From Salinispira sp. (GTDB taxonomy: Bacteria > Spirochaetota > Spirochaetia > DSM-27196 > Salinispiraceae), in assembly GCA_965602015.1 (NCBI GenBank), contig OZ271918.1, forward strand, positions 2,912,001-2,976,000: a stretch of 64,000 bases of DNA, written 5' to 3'. Positions within the stretch are counted from its first letter, which is position 1; each line of letters opens with the position of its first letter. Positions 58,241 to 64,000 of this stretch are shown in pieces. A program made the position numbers and the translations under genes. The notes beneath the pieces are model-generated. The model did not search any database. It was given only the letters and a program-made list of their open reading frames with translations, and was not told the DNA's origin.

Positions 58241-59730
58241 AAACGCCCGCCGCCTAAATTAACGCTAATCGATGCGGTCAGATCGCCGAAGGGATTTTTC
58301 ACCGTCGGATTACCGCCGATGGTCCTGAATTCGCTGGGATCATCACCGTAGGCTCCGGTCAGGCCCAGGCTCAGGGACATACCGTCAAAGAGTCGGTAGC
58401 TCACGCTTCCGTTGACCAGACCGCTGAAATCGCTCCAATTGGCCTGCCAGAGTCCGGAAATACTGAGGTCATCCACCAGTAATTGACTTACTCCGAGGGA
58501 CAGCACGCTGTAGTGCTGTCCGGTATTTGTGAGGACCGACGAGTCGAGATCGCCGCTGACAAATACGCCATAATTGATGGCCTCGAGGAAATCCGGGCTG
58601 TCGTAGCCTTCGCCCTGGTAGTAGTACTGGGCAATGACATTTACATCGACCGAACTCTCAAACAGATCGCTTTTTAAGTAGAGGAAGCCGCCGGTGGCTG
58701 CGAGGTACAGCTCATCGTCTTCAGCGAAGGTCGGGGGCGTCGGCAAAACCGGGATGACGGCGGTCAAATCGCCGGGGTCGCCGATGTCGGTAATCACCTT
58801 ACCCTGACGGCCAAAGCTCACCCGCCCCTCCGCGAAAAAATTCCAGTCCCTCCAGGGAAAGCGGAGGGTACTCATCAGACGAAACGGCCGGTCCTGCTGG
58901 TACCCCGCACCGACGGCGAGTTCAACCGGCGGAAGGAAAAACGTCGCCCGCCCGGCGAACCCAAGGTCCTCGAGCTTTCGTACCGACTCGTCGCCTATGA
59001 CATAGGCGTCGAACTCGTTGAGACCCAGGGGCAGGGTCGCTTTAATCGCAACCGGACCCTCGCGGTCCGCTTCCGGATCGTCGATATCGATCGGCACCAG
59101 GGAAATAAAGTCAGCCGGGCTGTAGAAATATCCCACGCCCCAGTTCACCGTCTGCTTGCCGAAGCGGAAAAAGAGGCGCTCGTTCCAGTTCACGTCGGAG
59201 TAAAACTCAAAGATTTCCGAGTTCACGTCGAAGGGGTAGGACGTCCGGGCCCTCATGTAAATACGCAGGTCCCTGGACGGCCGGGCGTTGAGAAACACCG
59301 ATCCGCCAAGGCTGATTCCCAACAGTTCCTCATTCTCGCTGATCTGGAAATCTCCATCCCAGGCGTTTGCCCATGCCCAATTCGACGAAAGCGATGAGGA
59401 GAGGCTTCCGCCTATTTGCACCTCGTCGCTGGTCAGGAATTCAACAAAGGCGTCGCTCTCCCCGTCCTCCGAACCCTGCCCGGGCTCCGGGAGTTCTTCA
59501 ATCATTGAATCCCCGCCGAACAGGTCGTCTTCGCTGCCGGAAGATCCCCCGAAAAGATCGTCCTCAAGGGAGGAACCGTCGCCCCCGGTCGCATCGCTTT
59601 CACCTGAGGAGCCGCCGAAGAGGGCATCTTCATCGATACCCCCGTCCTGAGCGCCGAGGGAAAACGACAAAAGCATCAGTATAATCAACCCTAATGCCGG
59701 CCTCGTCAGATATTTAAAGCGCCGGGTCAT
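58237..59730 (-). CDS. Putative outer-membrane beta-barrel protein
   Basis: Signal peptide, acidic N-terminal linker, RFGKQTVNWGVGYFYSPAD, alternating beta strands, C-terminal Phe. Confidence 0.7.
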   Translation of the reverse strand: MTRRFKYLTRPALGLIILMLLSFSLGAQDGGIDEDALFGGSSGESDATGGDGSSLEDDLFGGSSGSEDDLFGGDSMIEELPEPGQGSEDGESDAFVEFLTSDEVQIGGSLSSSLSSNWAWANAWDGDFQISENEELLGISLGGSVFLNARPSRDLRIYMRARTSYPFDVNSEIFEFYSDVNWNERLFFRFGKQTVNWGVGYFYSPADFISLVPIDIDDPEADREGPVAIKATLPLGLNEFDAYVIGDESVRKLEDLGFAGRATFFLPPVELAVGAGYQQDRPFRLMSTLRFPWRDWNFFAEGRVSFGRQGKVITDIGDPGDLTAVIPVLPTPPTFAEDDELYLAATGGFLYLKSDLFESSVDVNVIAQYYYQGEGYDSPDFLEAINYGVFVSGDLDSSVLTNTGQHYSVLSLGVSQLLVDDLSISGLWQANWSDFSGLVNGSVSYRLFDGMSLSLGLTGAYGDDPSEFRTIGGNPTVKNPFGDLTASISVNLGGGRF

Positions 59731-60485
59731 CGGTTCACCTGCTCCAGGTAGCTTCTGGTGAACACCGTGTCGGGGATGCGGTCAAAGGAGATGTTGCGAA
59801 TGGTGACCTCCGATCGTTCACCCTCATTGATGTTGTCGACAAAGAGCATTTTGGTCGGGATGAAGTAGCCCCCCGCCCGGGCATAGCTCGGGAAGTAGCT
59901 TGTCCGCAGCAGCCGCCCGGAGAGGCTGTAATCCTCTTCCTTCAGCAGGAGATAGTTGTCCTGCCTCACCCAGATGCGGATGGAGGGATAGGCCACCGTA
60001 TCAGTTTTGGCTTCCAAATCGAGGATATACACGTCGTATTGTCCGAGCGTGCCCTCTTCGTACCCCACGGCGGTGTAATTGTCCGACAGATCGCTGTCGT
60101 CGAAGTCGCTGTTTCTCGCTTCGCTGTCCTGGAAAGCGTCGCTCAGATTAAAAATGGCGAATTCCCGGCTTTCCGGGTCATAGGACCAACCGGTTTCGCC
60201 GACCTGAAGATAGCCCTCGCCTCGCTGGAGTACGGGTTCGAGAATGAGCAAAAGGAACTTCTCTTCCGAGTCCCGGCGGAAAATCCGTGATTTGAAAATG
60301 CTGCGTTCTTCTCCGGGGCGATCGGTCACTACGGTGTATTCCGCGGAAAAGTCCGCATTGTTGAAGGTGCCGAACTCGTCAATCGAACGGAGTATGGCGT
60401 CCAGGTCCGGTTCGTCCTGGGCTGACAGGAGAGCCGCCGGAATAATGAGCAGCGCAATGGCTGCCAGTACTATGCTTTTTTTCAC
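59727..60485 (-). CDS. Outer-membrane lipoprotein-sorting (LolA-like) protein
   Basis: Signal peptide; AYPSIRIWVR, YSLSGRLLRT, IPDTVFTRSYLE. Confidence 0.85.
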   Translation of the reverse strand: MKKSIVLAAIALLIIPAALLSAQDEPDLDAILRSIDEFGTFNNADFSAEYTVVTDRPGEERSIFKSRIFRRDSEEKFLLLILEPVLQRGEGYLQVGETGWSYDPESREFAIFNLSDAFQDSEARNSDFDDSDLSDNYTAVGYEEGTLGQYDVYILDLEAKTDTVAYPSIRIWVRQDNYLLLKEEDYSLSGRLLRTSYFPSYARAGGYFIPTKMLFVDNINEGERSEVTIRNISFDRIPDTVFTRSYLEQVNR

Positions 60486-60512
60486 AATATGCTCCTTGTG
60501 GTCCCGCAGGCT

Positions 60513-61835
60513 TTATTGACGCAGGGCGTCCGCCGGCTGGGCTTTTGCCGCCTTGCCCGCGGGAAAACTCGCGGCAAGAACGGTCATCAGGGTGACAAAA
60601 ATATAATTCAATATCAGGGAAAGCAACGACGCGGGAAATGTTATCCGCCCGTTGAAGGTAAACAGGTTGAACGCATTGTCAGGGGCGATGGTGAAGAATC
60701 CGGCAATAAGGGTCGCCGCGAGGGCGAGTATCATTCCGATAGCATACCCCAAGGTGCCCAGGCTGGCGGCTTCCCACAGAAATATCCGGCGTATTCCGCT
60801 TCGCTGGACCCCGACAGCCCTCATGGTCCCGATTTCCTTGATCCGCTCGATCATGATCATCCTGAAGGTATTGGTCACCCCCACCATGATGATTACGAGT
60901 ATGACGCCCAAAAGACCGTATCCGAAACCGTTCACCGCAATGTACACCGGAGTCAACACGCTAAAGAACTCGTTAATGTTCTGCATACTGAATCGGCTGC
61001 CTTCCCAGGGGTCTTCCTCCTCAGATTCGAAAACAAAGCTGAAGTTGGTGAAATCCGGGGTATCGGCCTCGTCCCGGGGAGCCATCTGTGAGCTCTCGCC
61101 GACCCGTTGATACAGCAAATCAGTAAACGCATCGACCTGGTCAAGGCTCTCCAGGGTCACATTCAGGGTCTGGTAGCTGCCCTCTGAGAGGTTGATCATC
61201 TGATTTACCCGGTCGATGTTTGCGTAACTGGAAAGGGCGCCCAGAAAGCTGGGGTCGGTCATGATTCCCCGGACCACGAAGCCGCCGACGTTCTGCTGGC
61301 CGGTAACCGTTGATGTCCGGATCGTGATTTCCTCGCCCAATTCGATGTTGAGGCTCTCGGCGGCGCTTTCGCTGATGAGGATGCCTCTGGGGTCGTTCAT
61401 CGCCTCTTCGACCGAACCTTGTTTGAGTTCGAGGCGGTTAACCAGCTGGCTTTCGTTCATCCAATCCACGCCCTGCACCGCCTGGCTGGTCTGCCGTCCG
61501 CTAAAAATCATGGTTCCGAACATCTGTGAGCGGCGCACAAGTTCTAGGGAATCTATTCCCAGCTCCCTTTGAATGTCCTCGAGGGCTTCAATGACTACAG
61601 CTTCGTCACGGAATTCTTCAATTACTTCCCCGTCATCACGCTTGATCTCTTCGCTTATGTAAATGTGACCGGCCAGCAGGTAGGAGAAATTCTCCTTTAT
61701 ATTGCTCAATGCACCGGTGGTGAACCCATTCACCAGGGTAATAATCATCACGCCGAAGGCGATGGCGAAACCCAAAAGAAGGCTCCGTTTTTTTTGCCGG
61801 CTCAAATTTCGCGCGGCGATATTCAAATATTTCAT
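60513..61835 (-). CDS. ABC permease, FtsX/LolE/MacB family
   Basis: IAARNLSRQKKRS; NTFRMIMIERIKEIGTMRAVG; PAGKAAK. Confidence 0.9.
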   Translation of the reverse strand: MKYLNIAARNLSRQKKRSLLLGFAIAFGVMIITLVNGFTTGALSNIKENFSYLLAGHIYISEEIKRDDGEVIEEFRDEAVVIEALEDIQRELGIDSLELVRRSQMFGTMIFSGRQTSQAVQGVDWMNESQLVNRLELKQGSVEEAMNDPRGILISESAAESLNIELGEEITIRTSTVTGQQNVGGFVVRGIMTDPSFLGALSSYANIDRVNQMINLSEGSYQTLNVTLESLDQVDAFTDLLYQRVGESSQMAPRDEADTPDFTNFSFVFESEEEDPWEGSRFSMQNINEFFSVLTPVYIAVNGFGYGLLGVILVIIMVGVTNTFRMIMIERIKEIGTMRAVGVQRSGIRRIFLWEAASLGTLGYAIGMILALAATLIAGFFTIAPDNAFNLFTFNGRITFPASLLSLILNYIFVTLMTVLAASFPAGKAAKAQPADALRQ

Positions 61836-61865
61836 TTCACTCTTCCTCGCTGATGCAATGCATGC

Positions 61866-63395
61866 CTATACGCTTTGCATCGCTTCAACGGGCTGGATCT
61901 TGAGAGCCACCCGCACAGGATACCAGCTTGACACCAATCCGATACCCAGCATGATCAGATATGCGGTAAGTATGCTCATAGGATCGAACACCGGCCGGAA
62001 CACCGAGCCGCCGAATATCAGTTCGATCACCTGATTTCCCGCCGGGATTCCCACCCGGTTGATGATGCCGATAACTATGGCGCCAAGAAAAAGGCCGATG
62101 CTGCCGAACACCAATGAGATGCTCATGGTCTCGGCGATGAACATCTCGCGGACGATGTTCTTTTTGGCGCCGAGGCTTCGCATGGTGCCGATTTCCTTGG
62201 TGCGCTCAATAACGGAGATGACCAGGGTGTTCATGATGATAATCACCGCCACCACCGCCAGAATAATTACCACGATGTAGAAGAACACCTGGAATGCAGT
62301 GTTAATCAGCGCCGAGCTTCCGGCGGCCACTGCCCAGTCAACGGCCTCCACGTCCATTCCCTGGTCGGCAAAATGAGCGTTCATTTCCTGAATCGTCGCG
62401 GCGGTTTGACCCTCGGATTCCAGGCGTACCAGGAGGTAGCTCCAGGCTCCGGCGTCCGGCCGGGACGCCAGGGTTCTCGCGCTGGTGTCCCCCAGAATAC
62501 CGAAAAGATTTTCCTCGTTTAGATCGGTTTCCACGGTTTCCACGTCGACGGAAAACAGGGCGTCATCAGAAAACAGGTCGTCGGACCCGCCGCTGGAGCC
62601 AAAAAGCGAGTCCCCGGCATCCAATAGGCTGGAATCCGCCTCATCGATATTGACCGCGTCGGAGGTGCCCACGACCAAACCGGACAGGGCCCGAACCGTG
62701 GACGCGTCGACGAAGGCATAGGGCTGAAGGTCGGCTCCTTCGGCAGCATATTCGTAGATGCCCAAAAGCTCGAGCCGTCGGATTCGGATGCTTCCGCCGC
62801 CTCCGCCGCCGGGACCTCCGCCGGAGAATCCCTGAATCTTGAGCTCGTCGCCGATTTCGATGGTCTCGCCCAGATCTTCCCGGATATCCTCGACGGTAGC
62901 CCGGGGCAAAACGATGCCCTGTTCGCCGGGTTCGAGGAAGCGGCCCTCAAGAAGGCGAATGCTGTTAGGGAACATGGCGAGGTAGCTTTCCGGCTCGATG
63001 CCGAAAATCGGCGCAATGGCCGCCCTGGTCTGTTCCTCCGTTGAAAAATCGACGGTGCCGAAGCTGGTTATCTGGGGGTTTGCGGCCACCACATTGTCCA
63101 GCGAACTGACGTAGGCATACACCTGGTCATAGTTCGGAACTGTCTGGCCGGCCGGGTCGCCGCCGAAGCCCGAAGCCCCTTCAATGGTGACGGCATTCTC
63201 CCCCGTGGCTCGAACGAGAATGTGACCGGTGAAGCTGTCAATAAAGGTCTGCCTGGTGGCTTGCGAGAGGGTGGCCAGCACCGAATTGCCCAGGGTGAGG
63301 ATAAATATGCCCAGTGCGATGAGAATGCCGATGATAAGTGTCTTTGATTTGTGCTGCCGGAGGTTCCGGAAGGCAATTCGCATGAGAATCGGCAT
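61866..63395 (-). CDS. ABC permease, FtsX/LolE/MacB family
   Basis: IAFRNL; NTLVISVIERTKEIGTMRSLG; YPVRVALKIQPVEAM. Confidence 0.9.
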   Translation of the reverse strand: MPILMRIAFRNLRQHKSKTLIIGILIALGIFILTLGNSVLATLSQATRQTFIDSFTGHILVRATGENAVTIEGASGFGGDPAGQTVPNYDQVYAYVSSLDNVVAANPQITSFGTVDFSTEEQTRAAIAPIFGIEPESYLAMFPNSIRLLEGRFLEPGEQGIVLPRATVEDIREDLGETIEIGDELKIQGFSGGGPGGGGGGSIRIRRLELLGIYEYAAEGADLQPYAFVDASTVRALSGLVVGTSDAVNIDEADSSLLDAGDSLFGSSGGSDDLFSDDALFSVDVETVETDLNEENLFGILGDTSARTLASRPDAGAWSYLLVRLESEGQTAATIQEMNAHFADQGMDVEAVDWAVAAGSSALINTAFQVFFYIVVIILAVVAVIIIMNTLVISVIERTKEIGTMRSLGAKKNIVREMFIAETMSISLVFGSIGLFLGAIVIGIINRVGIPAGNQVIELIFGGSVFRPVFDPMSILTAYLIMLGIGLVSSWYPVRVALKIQPVEAMQSV

Positions 63396-63396
63396 A

Positions 63397-64000
63397 TCAG
63401 TGCTCCCGGCGTTCTTCGTGAATGATCTTCCCGTCCTGCAGTTTTATGATGTGGTCGGCAATATCCACGATGGTCGGATCATGGGTGGAGAAGATAAAGG
63501 TGGTTTCCTGCTCGCGGTTGATCTTTTTCATCAGCTCGATAATCTGCTCCCCGGTGGCAGAGTCCAGGTTCGCCGTGGGTTCGTCCGCCAGGATTACCTG
63601 GGGCTTGCCCACCAGAGCCCGGGCAATAGCGACCCGTTGACGCTGACCGCCGGACAGTTCGTTGGGCCGGTGATTTCGCCATTCGGTCAGCCCCACCTCT
63701 TCGATCAAATAGTCAATCCACTCCCGCTTTTCTGCCTTTCCCATCCGTTCTTTACCGAGGAGCAGGGGAAACTCGATGTTTTCGTAGACATCCAGTACGG
63801 GGATAAGATTAAAACTTTGAAATATGAACCCGATGAACCGGTGACGCAGCTCGGTAATCTGTTTATCGTTCAGGGTTTTTGTGTCAACGTCATCGATTAC
63901 CACCGAACCGCTGCTGGGGACGTCTATGCAGCCCAGCATATTCAAAATCGTGGATTTTCCCGATCCCGAAGGGCCGGCAATCGAAATGAAGTCTCCTTTC
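63397..64000 (-). CDS. ABC ATP-binding protein, LolD/MacB type (5' end outside window)
   Basis: GPSGSGKST near the window end, LSGGQRQRVAIARAL, LADEPTANLD. Confidence 0.93.
   Translation of the reverse strand, partial: KGDFISIAGPSGSGKSTILNMLGCIDVPSSGSVVIDDVDTKTLNDKQITELRHRFIGFIFQSFNLIPVLDVYENIEFPLLLGKERMGKAEKREWIDYLIEEVGLTEWRNHRPNELSGGQRQRVAIARALVGKPQVILADEPTANLDSATGEQIIELMKKINREQETTFIFSTHDPTIVDIADHIIKLQDGKIIHEERREH

Overview
Gene-dense, GC-rich bacterial chromosome segment, most consistent with a free-living spirochaete (inferred from the lipoprotein-rich content, TRAP-T-type DctP, WD40-transglutaminase-TPR protein and LolA-like/FtsX/beta-barrel operon; not verified by search). It contains: two tandem Mrp/Mnh Na+/H+ antiporter operons, the second led by a PII-like and a PTS-IIA gene; an FN3-plus-solute-binding lipoprotein; a NitT/TauT ABC importer; an RND-TolC operon with an extra lipoprotein; tRNA-Gly(CCC) with a duplicated and inverted 3' segment; and many single enzymes (GH1, beta-CA, dNK, TtcA, Lgt, CoaBC). 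It also has a convergent hydrolase-DinB-NRDE / ATP-grasp-YHS module joined to lgt and coaBC, a lower-GC patch with two frameshifted genes and a permuted NlpC/P60 lipoprotein, a KtrAB system whose KtrB has a voltage-sensor-like N-terminus, and a LolCDE-like export operon. No integrase, transposase, cas genes or true CRISPR array were seen. The best candidates for undescribed systems are the NRDE/DinB/ATP-grasp/YHS-coaBC module, the PII/PTS-IIA-led Mrp operon, the VSD-KtrB fusion and a shared acidic DDLF motif in the LolCDE-like operon. All family assignments come from motif recognition by eye.
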